From: Thecamonas trahens ATCC 50062
Lineage: Eukaryota > Protista > Apusomonadida
DNA: 64,000 nt
Assembly (NCBI RefSeq): GCF_000142905.1
Contig: NW_013657658.1
Location: forward strand, 186,001-250,000
Direction of reading: 5' to 3'
The translations under genes and the position numbers were made by a program. Positions 1 through 13,238 of the stretch are shown here, in pieces; positions within the stretch are counted from its first letter, which is position 1; the number at the start of each line of letters is the position of its first letter. The notes under the pieces are model-generated. The model made no database searches and was not told where the DNA came from. It saw nothing but the letters and a program-made list of their open reading frames with translations.

Positions 1-1785
1 GCTGCGGAAGGAGCTTGTCGGTAGCGCGGATGAGGACGCAGGTCTCGACCACAAGCGAGGTCAGAGCGGAGACCTTGGTCTCGAGGCCAGCGCCGGCCTC
101 GGCTGCCAGCGCCGCGTTGAACAGTTCGACGTAAGCAACCAGGAGCTCGGCAATGAGCTTGGCGATGGTCGCCTTGGCCTGTGGCGAGTCGTGGGGCAGC
201 GGGAGGCCAACAGCGGCCGCGCCGGTTCCGCGGTAGAACGCCGTAGCGAGGCGAAGCGCCGACACAAACTTACCGCGCTGCGCAAGGCCCTGGACCCGCT
301 CGGCCCATGTAAGAACCGCAGCCTTGTACAGGCCGCCCATGCCGAGCAGAAAGGCGGTCCGCCCGCTCACAGCAAGACATGGCGCGTACGAGACTGCGCC
401 GTCGGGTGCAGTCTCGAACGCCAGGTCGAGTGAGACTACTGAGATCGTCTCGAGCGGCGCGAGGCTGTGGGCGTCGACAAAGACGATGGTGAGGTTCGAG
501 GTGAGCGCGAGGAGGACCGACGACGACAGGAAGCGCAACTCGACAACGGCGGCGGTCGTGGGCGGGCCAAGGCTTGCCTGCCGCTCGGCGACCGGTACAA
601 GTCCAGACACATCGTCGCAAGCGATCGAGGTCAGCGAGACCTGCGAGCCGTGCGCAACGGCAAGGAGCGGCGCGTGCGGACTCCACGCTGTGCGCGGCCA
701 AAGTCGCCGACGGATGCGCTGGCTGGAGCGTTGGTCGCCGACGGGAGGCGGAAGACAACCCGTGTCTTTGGGTGCAGGCTAATGACCGAGACCGAGACCG
801 CGGTGGCGACGGCGTAGAGCGACGAGGAGGCGATCTGCGGCGGCGCCAGGCTCCGGCCGCTGGTCAGCGGCTTGAGGTCGTGCACCCGCCCGGCCTGTCC
901 GTCAACGAGGACCCCGGTCTCGGCCTTCCAGCCGAGCAGCGCCTTGCTAAACGAGGTGACCGAGAGCGCGCCGGAGGCGTCGCCCCAAAGCACTGCCGGC
1001 TTGTCGAGAACCAGGCTCGCGAGCGCGACCGGTGATGGCGACGCGAGCGTGTCAAGAACCTTGAGCGGCCGAGCGTCGTCAGCATTCCACAGAACGAGTG
1101 CGCCTGAGGCGTGGCCGGCGGCGACGACCTGGAACTCGCCAAAGTGGGCCGGCGAGTAGCCACCGGCGATGGCGGTGATGGCGCCCAGGGCCATGCCTGG
1201 GCCGGAGCCCAGCGAGCCGAGCACGTTGGCGAGCACATAGCCTCGCTTGCCCGATGCCGCCGTCCGTGCCATAAACCGCAGCACAAGGCCGTGTGACGAG
1301 CCGAGGAGCAGCACCGGGTGCGACGCAGTCGGCTCTGGCGCGGGCGGGGGCGCTGCGAGCGCTACCACAGTTGGCAAGCCCATCCGCGACTGCAGCTTTG
1401 GCCGGGTCATGTACGCCGAAATGCTCTTGAGCAGCGAGAGCCGGACAATGCCAGACGTTTCGGGCGAGTCGGCCGGTACCGCCCGTAGCGGCGAGACCCG
1501 GGTCAGCCCATCGGCAGCAGCGTCGCTGACCGGAACTGGCGCCTGGCTTGCAGCCGCATCCAACGACTGCGCCTGCAACGAGCCCGACGGTGGTGACGGG
1601 CCCGGCGGCGGTGACAAACTCGGCGGCGGCGACGATGAACTCGGCGGCGGTGAAGGAGCCTCCAGAGCAGCCACTAGCGAGGGTGTGGAGGCTGGAGCAA
1701 AGGCAGCCGCGTCTGCAGCAAACTCTGCCGGAGGTGTGTCTGGTGCAGCGAGGGCCTCCTCCAGAAGACTGCGGGTGGAGGACAT
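1..1785 (-). CDS. VPS8: Vacuolar protein sorting 8 (CORVET subunit), N-terminal beta-propeller; runs off the left edge of the window; frameshift near 690
   Basis: ATG at 1785 (MSSTRSLLE). The segments LLKSISA..GLPT..LLGSSHGLVL..GAITAI..AGHASGALVLWN..GDASGAL follow the VPS8 N-terminus. A second frame continues AWSPHAPLLAV...LTWAERVQGL..GKFVSALRLA..FY. Confidence 0.8.
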
Positions 1786-2381
1786 GGAGAGGGTGGCAGG
1801 GGTAGGGGTAGGGGGGGGGGGNNNNNNNNNNNNNNNNNNNNNNNNNNNNNNNNNNNNNNNNNNNNNNNNNNNNNNNNNNNNNNNNNNNNNNNNNNNNNNN
1901 NNNNNNNNNNNNNNNNNNNNNNNNNNNNNNNNNNNNNNNNNNNNNNNNNNNNNNNNNNNNNNNNNNNNNNNNNNNNNNNNNNNNNNNNNNNNNNNNNNNN
2001 NNNNNNNNNNNNNNNNNNNNNNNNNNNNNNNNNNNNNNNNNNNNNNNNNNNNNNNNNNNNNNNNNNNNNNNNNNNNNNNNNNNNNNNNNNNNNNNNNNNN
2101 NNNNNNNNNNNNNNNNNNNNNNNNNNNNNNNNNNNNNNNNNNNNNNNNNNNNNNNNNNNNNNNNNNNNNNNNNNNNNNNNNNNNNNNNNNNNNNNNNNNN
2201 NNNNNNNNNNNNNNNNNNNNNNNNNNNNNNNNNNNNNNNNNNNNNNNNNNNNNNNNNNNNNNNNNNNNNNNNNNNNNNNNNNNNNNNNNNNNNNNNNNAC
2301 CACCCACACCACCACTCCTCGGCTCTACTCCCTCCACCGCCCCTCCCTCCCCCCCTCCCCCCCCTTCCCCTCCCCTCGCAC

Positions 2382-4314
2382 ATGCACCCCATTCTTCGGC
2401 GCGGCTACCTCGTCCTGGCGGTTGCCGGCTGCCTGACCTACGCCCTCTTGGACCGCCACGCACCTGCGCAGGTCGCATTCGCTGCTTCCGTGGCTCAGAC
2501 ACTCTGTACGTGGCACCCTGCCTTTGCCGTTGCCCCTTCTCTCCTTCCCTGCTGCTTCGCCACTCACCTCCTCCTCTCCTAGACGCCGCCCTGCTGCCGT
2601 GGGCACCAAGCGAGGCGCTGCCGGTCAAGGCTGTGCTCCCGCTCGCACTCTGCCTTCCTTTGGCTGCGGTGGCCGGCATGGCGGTGGCCTCGACGGCCGA
2701 GGCTGCGCTTGTCTCGGAGTGGACCTCGCATCACGTCCTGTATCTGGTGCTGCTGCTGGTCATGTCGGTGGCGGTGCTGGCTGATGTGGCGGCCTCGCGC
2801 TCGCTCCTCGCCTCGCGGGTGTACGCGGTGCGATCGTGGGCCGGCCTGGTGGTTGTCGGCGGATACTTTGCCGGCGCGCCGCTGGCGGTCATTACTGGAG
2901 TCTGGATCTATGGGGGTGCGGTGACGTCGGCGATGTATGGGACGCACATGGCGCCCGGACTGGTGGTCATCGCCATGGCGCTGACTGTGCTGGCAGTGAC
3001 AGGCTCGTTCTTTCTGGTACTTTTGCTCTCACACGAAGACGGCTGCAACGAGCCGGGCGCGTCACCGTGCGCACCGCTGCTTGCTCCCGGTGACGATGGC
3101 AGGTACGGGACGAGCGGGGCGGCGACACGATCGGCGTGCGCGGCAGCGGGCGGGCTCGACATGCCTGCGGCAGAAGTGGCAGAGGGCTCGGTGCGTATCA
3201 CGCGGCTCCATACGCGGGTGATGGACCTTCTTTGTGAGCCCGAGTCTGCGTTTGTGCGAGCCGTGGTCGACGGCATTCCACGCGACGCGCGCGACGAGGC
3301 CATTGACACGCTGATTGGCCTTGTGGACGAGATGGACTCGCCCGGCCGGCCGCGGACGCTTCGGCTGGTTGAAGGCCTGACTGCCGACGAAGCCGTCCAT
3401 GTCGACGTGTACTCGCCCTGGACACTATTCCGCAGCAACCACAACCGTGTGCGAGTCATTTCTGTGCTCGCCAAGCGGCACGCCGGCGACTATGTGTCGG
3501 CGGTGCTCCGCGAGCCGCTGTCGCGGGTGTGGGGCGCGGCTGGCGTCTCGTTTGTCCTCGACCCGCTCAAGGTGCCGGACGAGGACCAGCGAGCGCAGAA
3601 CATGGCGGCGATCCAGGTGGCGGTGCTCGAGGTACTCGACAGTGTGTTTGCCACGCCGCCGCCGCCGTTTGTGGTCACGCTGCTGCGTGCGGTCGTCCGC
3701 ATCCTTCGAAGCAAGTTTCCGGACGCTGCTGACGAGGTGGCGCTCAACGCAGCAACCAGCGTGTTTTTCCTCGGCTTTTGGTGCCGGCGGTGGTGACGCC
3801 GGCCAACCACGGGCTGGTTGACGGTCTGGGTGGCGCCGCCGACCGGCAGAACTGCGTCATCCTCGGCTCGACGCTGCAGACCCTCGTCAACCGGCAGATG
3901 TTTGCACAAAAGTCGGCGCATATGCAGGTGCTCAATCCATTCCTCGCCGAGCAAATTCCGCGGCTCACGGCGTGGTTCGACTCGCTCCTTCGCGACGGCT
4001 CGCCGCCGTCGACGCCGCGGTCGGCCGAGCTCGGCCCGATGACCCTCGCGGACACCGCCGTCTCCTTCAGCTCTCTCGAACGCCTTGTGTCCATCATCCA
4101 CAACCACGCAGGTCACATCCTCGACCACATTCCGCGCCCTGACGCATGCACGATCCCACCTGCCGCGCTCGAAGCGACCCGCGCCCTCGTCGCCTCGCTT
4201 GCCACGCCACCGTCGCCGTCATCGTCGTCGCTCGACTCCTCCGATGGCGATGCTGTCATCTCCTCCTCGCAAGGCGGGCGAGGTTCGCTACAAGCCGGCG
4301 GAAGCCGCGAGTGA
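2382..4314 (+). CDS. Polytopic membrane protein fused to a RasGAP domain; exon 1 2382-2505, intron 2506-2582, frameshift near 3772
   Basis: A GTACGT...CCTAG intron joins in phase (QTL-Y-AALLPW). About 5-6 hydrophobic segments precede the arginine-finger motif TLFRSN. Adding one base restores the RasGAP signature FFLRLLVPAVVTP, followed by LGSTLQTLVN and LNPFL. Confidence 0.8.
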
Positions 4315-4540
4315 GCCATTTGTAATGCTCTGCGCCGTCTGCGGTAGCATACTCGAGGAATAACACTCTTTTACTGAGTTGGCCTGCCAAAGTCAGCACA
4401 TTCGACTCGGATTCGGCCATGTCCAGCACCAAGCGGCTGCAGGCGTACTCACCGGCAAGCGGAGCACGGCTGCTGTCTGGCGCAGAGGATGCACACTCTG
4501 TTGTACGTACTTCCACCCCGTCTTCTTTCCTGGCCCCCTG
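4256..4540 (-). CDS. Possible terminal exon of a small PH-like-domain gene whose 5' part may lie in the gap
   Basis: The reading ...VLTLAGQLSKRVLFLEYATADGAEHYKWLTRGFRRLVANL resembles a PH C-terminal strand plus Trp helix. It would overlap the RasGAP 3' end by 59 nt. Weak. Confidence 0.25.
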   Translation of the reverse strand, partial: QGARKEDGVEVRTTECASSAPDSSRAPLAGEYACSRLVLDMAESESNVLTLAGQLSKRVLFLEYATADGAEHYKWLTRGFRRLVANLARLARRR

Positions 4541-4747
4541 GGTGTGCATGTGGTCTGTGGTCTCCCTCCCCTCCCGCCCTTGGTCTTGGATAGGGGGGGG
4601 GGTGGGTGGAAGTGGCGGGAGACAGCGGTAGATTCTAACTGGGGGGANNNNNNNNNNNNNNNNNNNNNNNNNNNNNNNNNNNNNNNNNNNNNNNNNNNNN
4701 NNNNNNNNNNNNNNNNNNNNNNNNNNNNNNNNNNNNNNNNNNNNNNN

Positions 4748-4786
4748 ACACACACACACACACACACACCCTCTCTCTCTCTCTCT

Positions 4787-4866
<80 letters not shown>
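4748..4866. repeat. (CA)n/(CT)n microsatellite next to an assembly gap
   Basis: Seen directly. Confidence 0.95.
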
Positions 4867-4868
<2 letters not shown>

Positions 4869-4875
4869 TCAACGG

Positions 4876-6507
4876 GTGCAGACTGAACTCATCGGCAGGA
4901 AGCTCGACTTTCCCGCCGCTCCGGTAACCAAGACACACGCGTCGCTGGCCGCACCCGCTGCCGTGACCGCCACGCCCGATGCCGTGACCGCCACGCCCGA
5001 CGCACCCGCTGCGCCCGATGCGTCGGCGCAGACTGCCAGTCCCGCCAAGGCCACGACGCCGCGGAGCAAGACAAAGAAGCAGAAGAAGAGGAGCAGCAAG
5101 GCGGGGAGCAAGGCAAAGTCCCGGTCATCGACCGTCGAGCTGCCGGCAGGCGAGGAGGCACCCGAGGGCTGGGCATCGTGGTCCGACGCCAAGCGCAAGT
5201 CGTGGCTCCTCCGCGACGTCAACCCCAACGCGTTCTACTACCGCCACACTCCGCCTGGTGAGACCCAGCTGAACGGCAAGTGGTCCGACGAGGAGCAGGC
5301 TGTCTTCATGGCCGCTCTCGAGTGCCATCCGCCCAATGGCCACTGGGGCCTCTTCGCCATGCACATCCCGGGCCGCGTCGGCTACCAGTGCCGCAACTTT
5401 TATCACTATTTGCTCTCCACTGGTGTCCTCTCCGACCCGGACTACACCGATGCCAACGGCAACTACACCGCAAAGAAGGTGCGCGGCCCGCGCTCCGCCG
5501 CAAAGAAGCCGCGCAAGCCACGCAAGACCAAGGTCATCCGCCCGCCGCCCGTCGTGGCCGCAAAGCCCGGCACCCCAGCCTCGGTCGCCGCCGCAAACAG
5601 AACCGCCGCCGCAAAGGCCGCCGCTGCCGCAAAGGCCGCCGCCCGCCGCGCGCAGCGCAAGGCCGCAAAGGAGCGCAAGGCTGCCGCTGCTGCTGCTGCC
5701 GCTGCCGCCGCCACAGAGTCCGCCACAGAGTCCGCCGCAGAGCCCGCGCCGCCTACCCAGCCCACGTCCATGGACGAGGAACTCGATCTGGTGCCGGCCC
5801 CGGTCGCAGAGGCAGTCCCAGTCATCACCCTCAAGCGCAAGCGCGCCTCGCCCACCGTTGCCGCCCTCCACAGCCGCATGATCGAAGGCGACGGCATCGC
5901 TGCCGAGGCCGAGATCCTTGGCCAGGGCCGCCTCAAGCGCGGCAAGCCGCTGCCCTCGCTTGTTCCGGACCTTCCGCCGCTCCCGTCGCCGTCCGAGCTC
6001 CCGCCGCTTCCGGTCCTGCCCTCGCTCCCGGTCCTCCCGCCGCCTCAGCTTGGCCTCGAGCTCGAGCAGGCCGCCGAGCACTGCGTCGTCGAGAACAGCG
6101 CCACCATCCGCTTCGATCGCGCCACTGCCCACGAGCTCGCCCACCTCCTCGCCCGTCACCAGGACCAGCGCCTCGAGCTCATGCGCGCCATCACTGCAGA
6201 GCAGAACAAGTTTATCACCTTTTTCACTGCAGAGCTCGCCCGCGCCGCCGCAGCCGCCCCGGCCTCGGACGCCCGTATCCGCGTCCTTCGTGCCTCGCTC
6301 CGTGCAAAGTTTGACTCGATGGCCGAAGACATGCTCTCCAAGCAGCGCCAGGAGGCTCAGATGCTGGCCTGCTGGCAGCTGTGGGAGGCAAAGCATGCCC
6401 TCGGCATCTCCACCGCTTCTCCGCTCGACGCCCGCAACCCCTCCGCTGGCCTCGCCACTCTCTCCGTCTGCTTCCCCTTCCATCTCGTTGTCGTCGCCGA
6501 CCACTAG
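4876..6507 (+). CDS. Myb/SANT-like DNA-binding protein; true 5' end uncertain
   Basis: NPNAFYYRH..PGE...GKWSDEEQAVFMAAL...WGLFAMHIPGRVGYQCRNFY is a Myb-like repeat. Flanks are Lys/Ala-rich. The ORF starts at GTG, so an upstream exon is likely. Confidence 0.8.
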   Translation: MQTELIGRKLDFPAAPVTKTHASLAAPAAVTATPDAVTATPDAPAAPDASAQTASPAKATTPRSKTKKQKKRSSKAGSKAKSRSSTVELPAGEEAPEGWASWSDAKRKSWLLRDVNPNAFYYRHTPPGETQLNGKWSDEEQAVFMAALECHPPNGHWGLFAMHIPGRVGYQCRNFYHYLLSTGVLSDPDYTDANGNYTAKKVRGPRSAAKKPRKPRKTKVIRPPPVVAAKPGTPASVAAANRTAAAKAAAAAKAAARRAQRKAAKERKAAAAAAAAAAATESATESAAEPAPPTQPTSMDEELDLVPAPVAEAVPVITLKRKRASPTVAALHSRMIEGDGIAAEAEILGQGRLKRGKPLPSLVPDLPPLPSPSELPPLPVLPSLPVLPPPQLGLELEQAAEHCVVENSATIRFDRATAHELAHLLARHQDQRLELMRAITAEQNKFITFFTAELARAAAAAPASDARIRVLRASLRAKFDSMAEDMLSKQRQEAQMLACWQLWEAKHALGISTASPLDARNPSAGLATLSVCFPFHLVVVADH

Positions 6508-6627
6508 CCCTTATCGGTGCGGTCGTGGAGGCGCGTTGTCTCGCGCGCCAAGTGAACAACACAGTACATAACCAGTTCCACTCGCTCAGAGCTAAGCAGC
6601 GATACACATCTCTCGTTCATTTCCCCA

Positions 6628-9600
6628 TCACTCCTCGCATGACTCGTCCACGCGGGTAGACCGCGACGACATGTTCTCTTTCTCCAGCTCAAGGGACTTG
6701 CGGACCATCTGCAGCCGCTCAATCTGCCCCAGACTCTGCGCCGCAGCGCGCGCCTCGGCATCCTTCAGTGCCTCAAGCGCTGCCTGTGCCGTAGACGCTT
6801 CCGCCCGCGCCGCAACAAGCTCTTCGTGAGCTGTCGCGACTTCGGTCTCCAGCTCCACCACGCGCGCCTCGAGTGCTGAAACCTGCGCACCGCTCTCGGC
6901 ACGCTCACTCGCGACGAGGGCATCGAGCTCGCGCAGCTGCGACTCGTAGTCGCCCGCTCGCCCCTCGGCTGCCATCTTGGCCTCGTGCAGATGCGCAACT
7001 TCGCCCTGGACCCGTGCCACTTCCATCTCGGCCCGAGTCAACTTGAGCTCCAGCGCCTCGCACCGCTCACGCGACGCCGCCAGAGCCGCATCCAACTCGC
7101 GAACCTTGTCGTACATGGCGCCCTCGTCGTCGGCACGCGCACGTGCCGACACCGTCGACACAAGCTGAGAGTGCTCGATCTCGCGGATGGCGTTCTCCAT
7201 CTTCACCGTCGCCTCGCGCGCCGCTCGGTGCGCCTCGGTCTTGTCCATGAGCGCACGCTCCAGCGCTCCCCGGCTCTCGGCAAGCTCCGACTGCAGCTGT
7301 CGGATCGTCGCCGCAGACTGCTTCAGCTCGTAGCTCGACGACGTGTGAGCCTCTGAGAGCTGCTGTCGCAGTGTCGACGACATCTGGTCCACATGCGTGA
7401 CCTTCTCGTGCCGCGCCTCCTCCAGCTGGGCCTCGAGCGTCTTAGCCTTGGCCTTTCCCAGCGCCTCGGCGGCCTGCACCTCGGCCTCGGCGCTCGCAAC
7501 CTTGGACTTCAGCTCACCAACGAGCTCGAGCAGCTCTTCGTGTGCCTTCTCCAGCTCCAGCTTGCGGCCTTGCACCTCAAGGTGGCTCTGCTCCAGCGCG
7601 CTCTTGGACGCGTTGGCCGCCTCGAGCGATGCCCGCGTCAGGTCGAGCTGGGTCGCCAGCGACTCTTGCTCGCGCTGCGCCTCGCCCATGGCGTCGACAA
7701 GCGATGAGAGCTCAACCGCCATCTGGTGCTTCGTCCGCTCGAGATCAACCACCTTGGCCGACGCCGCAGACAACTCATGTTTGGCGCTCTCTGCCACGCC
7801 CTCCCACTCGTCTGCCTTGGCCCGGCTCCGCGCCAGCTCCTCCGCCTGCGCATCATGCCGGTCCTGCAGCTTCATCACCAGCGAGCCGAGCCGGTCACGC
7901 TCAGAGCATGCCTCGAGCGCCTCGCGCTTGGCCGCGGCCAGCGCTGCCTTTGCCTCGCCACACTCGCCCACCAGCGCGTCGTGGTCCTTGCGCAGGCCCA
8001 GCAATTCGCCCTCGGCACTCTGCAGCTGAGTCATTAGGCTCATTTTGGTGTCCAGCAGCTCCTCCAACTGGCCCGCGCCGCCGCCAGCTTGCTCGCTGTC
8101 TCGCGCTCGGCCGTCTCCGCCCGCGTCACAGCCTCTGTAGCCTTGGCCGCTGCGCCCGTCGCCGCAATGTTCTCCTGCTGCACCTTGTAAAGGTCCTTGG
8201 TCAGCGTTGCCAGGCGGTCCTCGAGCGCAGGCAGGCCAGCACGACGCTCGGTCTCGGCGTCGAGTCGCGCCACGTACTCGTCAATCTTAGCCTGCAGCGC
8301 CGAGTTGGTCGCCTCCAGCCGCGCCGTCCGCGTCGAGACTTCGGCGTCGGTCGATGCCCGCGCCGCGTACAGCTGCTCTTGCAGCGCCGCGACAGAGGCC
8401 TCGGCTGCCTCCAGCCGTGCCTCCCGTCGCGCTTGTTCCTGGCCCATCAGCTCGAGCTTGACCTGCGCCACCCGCGACGCCTCAACCTCGTCGGCCATGC
8501 CTGCCAACTGTGCCTTGGCGCTCACTAGCTCGGCCTGGACCAGTGCCAGTGCCGACCGTGCCTCGCGCGAGCTCTCGGCAGAGTCGGCCGCGTGCGACGC
8601 GTGCTTGGCGCTCAGGTCCATGTGTGCCGACATCGCGTCTACCTGTGACGCGAGGCTCCGCCGCGCACTCTCGGCTTCAGACACTCGGTCTTCCAGTCGG
8701 CTCTTAACCTCCTTGAGCGAAATGACCACAGACTTGAGTCGGGCGCACTTGTCGCGGAGCTCCGCGAGCTCAGCTTCGGCCGCCGCAAGCCGCCGCTCGG
8801 CCGTGGTCTCGGTCTCGCGGCGGGCGGCCTCCAGCGCCGCCTCGGCTTCCCGCTTCTCCAACACTGCGAGGCCAAGCTGCTTCTCGGTCTCGCGAAGCTC
8901 GGCTTCAAGCTCGGATGCATGCTCAGTCGCGCTGTCGACCATGCTCGTCATCTCGCTCAGCGACGCGCGCAGCTGTGGCAGCGCCGCCGCCTTGGCCCGC
9001 AGCGAGTCCAGCTCGCTTGCGCTCGGCATGCTGCTCAGCTTAGCACGCGCTTCCGCCAGCTCGACTTCCAGCCGCGCCATCCGCGACGGGTCGCTGCTCT
9101 CTCCGGCGCGGACTTGCAGCTGCGCGTCTGCGGCCTTGAGCTTGTCCAGCGCGTGACCTGTATCCTTCTCATATGCAGTCTGAAGAACCTTCAGCTCGGT
9201 TTTCAGCTCTGCCACCGCCGCCTCCGCCGCGCTAGCCTTCTTGCGCGCCGCCTTGAGCGCCTTGGCGTTGCGCGATGCTAGTTGTGACTTGGCCTGCAGC
9301 TGCAGCGAGAGTTCGCGATTCGTTGCGTCGGCCTTCCGCAGCGCGCGTCGTGCCTTGGACAGCTCGCCCGCCGCCTTTCCGCGGTTGCCCTCAGTCGCCT
9401 CTAGCTGTGACTGCACCAAAGCCGTCGTCGCCTCGGCGTGCTCCACACGGCTCTCGAGCGCGTTCTTCTCAGTTAGCGCCTTGCGCAGCGCGCCCTGTGA
9501 CTCCTGGAGCACCAACCGGAGCTCGGCAAGCTGGTTCAGCGCCGACTCGGCCCGCTCGGCCGCAGCGTCGCGCGCAAGCTCCGCGTCGGCACACAACTTC

Positions 9601-12600
9601 TCAGCGGTGTCAAACGTCCGCGACCGGCGGTTGAGCTCCGCGCGCAGATCACCAGCCTCGAGCTGAAGTGCATCAAGCGCAGCCTTGGTCTCGTCAAGCC
9701 TCGCCCGGGTCTCATCGAGCTCGCGAGCGCTCATCTTGTACGCAGACCGTGCCTCTGAAAGCTCCTCGCCAAGTGCACGCATGCCCTTGGCCGCAAGCTC
9801 TTCGACTTTGCGGTGCTCGGCCTGGAACTTGTCGACCACAGCAGTGAGCTCGTCGCGGACAGCTTGGCACGCCGAACTCGTCGAGCCAGTCTGGTCCTGC
9901 ACCAGCGCCATAGCCTCGTTGCGTGCCGCAGCGGCTGCCTCGTGCGCTGCTGCCACCTGCCCTGCCAGCGACTCGCGGTGGTCTTGTGCACTAGCCAGCT
10001 CGTCCTTGGCCTCTTTGAGCCGAGCCGCAAGCTCGCGGTTGTGCTGCTGCAATTCACGGATGCGATCACGCGCCGTGTTGAGCTTCTCGCTTCGCGACGC
10101 CAGTAGATCCGCCATCGACGACGACGACTGCGAGAGCTCTTCCAGCTTCTCAGTTGTATTCTCCAACTGCTGGGTGAGCAGTGCCTTGGCCAGCACCAGC
10201 TCCTCGCGCGTCGCGTTGAGCGCGCCAACCTCGTCTTGTGCCTCCTTCAGTGCAGCATTTGACGCATCAAGCGCATCCGCCAGCTGCGCTGAACGCTCGC
10301 TTTCGGCCTCGAGCGCCCGCTGGGTCTCGGCAGCGTTCGACTCCATCACTCTCACGTTGGCGTTGATCTTCTCCAGCCCCGACGCCAGCTCGTCGCGCTC
10401 CAAACTGATCTTCTTGTAGCGGGCCTTGAGCTCGTCCAATGCCTCGGCAAGGTCTTCGTTAGCCGTTTTGACCTCTTCGACCTCATCTTGCACGTTGAGT
10501 CGTGCAAGCATCATCTCGTGGAGAGCATCGCGCTCAACAATGACGTCGTCGAGATCGGCCGCAGTCGCCTCGAGCTCGGTTTGCAGACCCTCTGCAGCGT
10601 CGGCGGCAACCCGGAGCTCTTGGTTACTCGTCTCCAGCTGCGACGCATGCGCTCGCGCGCTCGCAAGCGCTCCTTCCAGCTCGGTGACCCGAGCTGTTGC
10701 GTCACCCAGCTCGCGCTCCAGTGCCGCCATCTTGGCTGCATGCACTTCTGCAGCCTGAGCCGCAAGCTCTTCGGCGCGATCGGCAGCGTCTGCCGCCGCA
10801 GCTGCGGTGGCCTCGCAGTTGGCGAGTGCGTCATCACGCTCGGCCTCGGTCGCCTCCAGCGCCGCGCGCGTCGATGATAGCTCGGTCTCACGCTCGGCAA
10901 GAGAGGCGCTCGCTGCTGTCAGGTTCGACTTGGTCTCTTCCAACTCGTCATGCAGCGCGTCGGCACCAGCCACAGCAGCAGCGAGCTTGCTCTCCAACTC
11001 GGTGCAGCGGATAGAGCTTGTCTCCAGCTTTGCAGCCTGAAGCTCAAGGTCTGCCGTCGCAGCAGCAAGATCGGCCGCCACCGCCTCACAGCGCGTGTTG
11101 CGCTCGACAAGCTCGGCCTCGAGCTCGGCCTCCTTTGCAGCCGCAGCATCGGCGTCGGCGGCAGCTTTCTCGCCAGCAGCGGCGAGCTCGGCCTTGGCCT
11201 CTTTGAGCAGGGCAGCAAGGTTCTGTGCCGCCCGCTTGTGGCCCTCTAGATGATCGATGTGCGACGCGTTGGTGGCACTCAGCTGCGCCAGTGCATCTTT
11301 TTCCAGTGCCGTCGCATTGAGGTCGGCCCGCGTCGCCTCGAGCTCCTCGGACTGGACCGAGTAGTCGATGCGCATGGCGTCCAGCTCGGCCGCAAGCGCC
11401 TCCTTTTCGTTGCGGAGCATCTCAAGCGCCAGCGCCTGCTCTCCGACCTCCTTCTCGAGGTCACCAATTGTCGTCCAGAAGCCCTGCTGCTCAGCCTGAG
11501 TCTCGGCAAGCTGGGCCTCGACCGCGGCCTTGTCCATGTCCAACGCCTCGAGAGCAGCCCGGAACGAGTCCTTCTCCTCGGCAAGAGTCCGCGCCTCCTC
11601 GCGGGCGAGCATCAGCTCGTCAGCTGTCGACGAGACCAGCTGCTGCAGCTCAGTTGACTCGCGCTGCATCTTGACCAGCTCCATCGAAAGTGACTCGCGC
11701 TCGAGCGCCACGTGCGAGAGCTCGTCCAGTTTCTCCTGCTTTTGATCGGCATCAGCCTGCAGCGAGACAAGCGACGACTCCAGCTTGGCAATGACCTTCT
11801 CCGACTCGTCCATGTGCGCCGAGAGCTGTGACTGAGTAAGCACCAGGTTGTGGTCAAGGTCGGCAGCCTCGTTGCGGGCTGCCGCAAGGAGCTGCTCCAA
11901 CTCGAGCGTCCGCTGCATGAGCGAGGCCTCACGCTCCGCAGCTTCAGTGGCAGCAGCGTCAGTGTCGTGCCGGAGCGAGTCATGCTCCGACCGCAGCGTC
12001 TCGAGTGCCGACTCAGCGTCAGCCAGCTGATGTGCAAGCTCCTCATTCTGCTCCACCGTCCGCTCGAGCGTCTCGGTAGTCTTGGTGAGAACAACTTGCA
12101 AGTCAGTGGCCGTGTTGTGCAGCTCGATGAGCTGCAGTGACGCATCATCGCGCTCGAGCGCAGCCTGGGCAAGATCCTCGCGCGCCGCGGTGAGCGACGA
12201 GTTGACCGCAGCAAGCAGCTCATCCTGATGAGCGATCTTCTCCTCAAGCGAGCGTGCGAGCACCTCTGCATCGGCCTCGCCCTGAGCCTTGTTCATCTCG
12301 GACAGCTCCAGTGCGTGCTTGATCTCGACGAGCTCCTCGCGGAGCTCGGCCTCAATTCGCTGTGCCATGTTGAGCTGGTACTCAAGGTTGGCAACCTGCT
12401 CCGCGCGTTGCTGCAGCCGCTCGCGAACTGCTGTGTTCGGGTTGGCGTAGTCGCCAGCAAGCACCGGCGTCACACCCATGTCGACCAGCTGGTTCCGCAA
12501 CTGCTCGTTGGCGAGCACAGTCTCCTCCAGCGAGTCGGTCATGTCACGGAGCTGCTGCTGCTGGGTAGCGAGCGTCCGCTGCAGCTCCAGGATCTGGATG

Positions 12601-13207
12601 CCGTCTTCAGAGTGGGTCGACTCGGAGGTATACTCGAGTTCACGGATGCGCGCCTCGAGCGCGGCATTGTGCTGCTCCAGCGTCTCCACATGCGACTGCA
12701 TACCCGATGCTGCGCTAGCCTGCTCGGCAACTGACTTTTCCACCAGCGAGCGAGTGGAGTCCAGCATCTCGACCGCACGATCGCGCTCCGACGCCGCCAC
12801 CTCGAGCTCCTGCTGCGCAGTGAGGAGCTGGGTCTCAAGCTCGGAAATGATGGCCTTGTACTTGGAGTACATGTTGGCCAGCTCTTCACGGACATCGTCC
12901 TGCGGCTCAGACTGGGTCATCAGCGAGAGAACCCGCTGCATGTTGGCCGCATTCTCCTGAAGCTTGGCATACTGCGCCTCGAGCGCGTTGCGCTCAGTCA
13001 CGGTGTTCAGCAGCTGAGTCTGCGTCAATTCCAGCTGGCGCGCAAGCTCAGTGTCCGGAACAGCAGTCGGTGCAGCTGCACGCTCGGCGGCACGCTGTGC
13101 AGCTGCGGCCTCGGTCTGGGCGTCAACGAGCTCGATCTCGAGCTCGCGGATGCGGGCGCGCAGCTCGGCAACAAGGCTCGAAAGCGCAGCAAACGAGTCG
13201 TGGTCAT

Positions 13208-13238
<31 letters not shown>

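Noticed and set aside
1247-2381. ORFs reading through N-gaps (for example 1247-3796, 631-2679, 57958-60012)
   Set aside because: The apparent fusions are artefacts of translating N as X.
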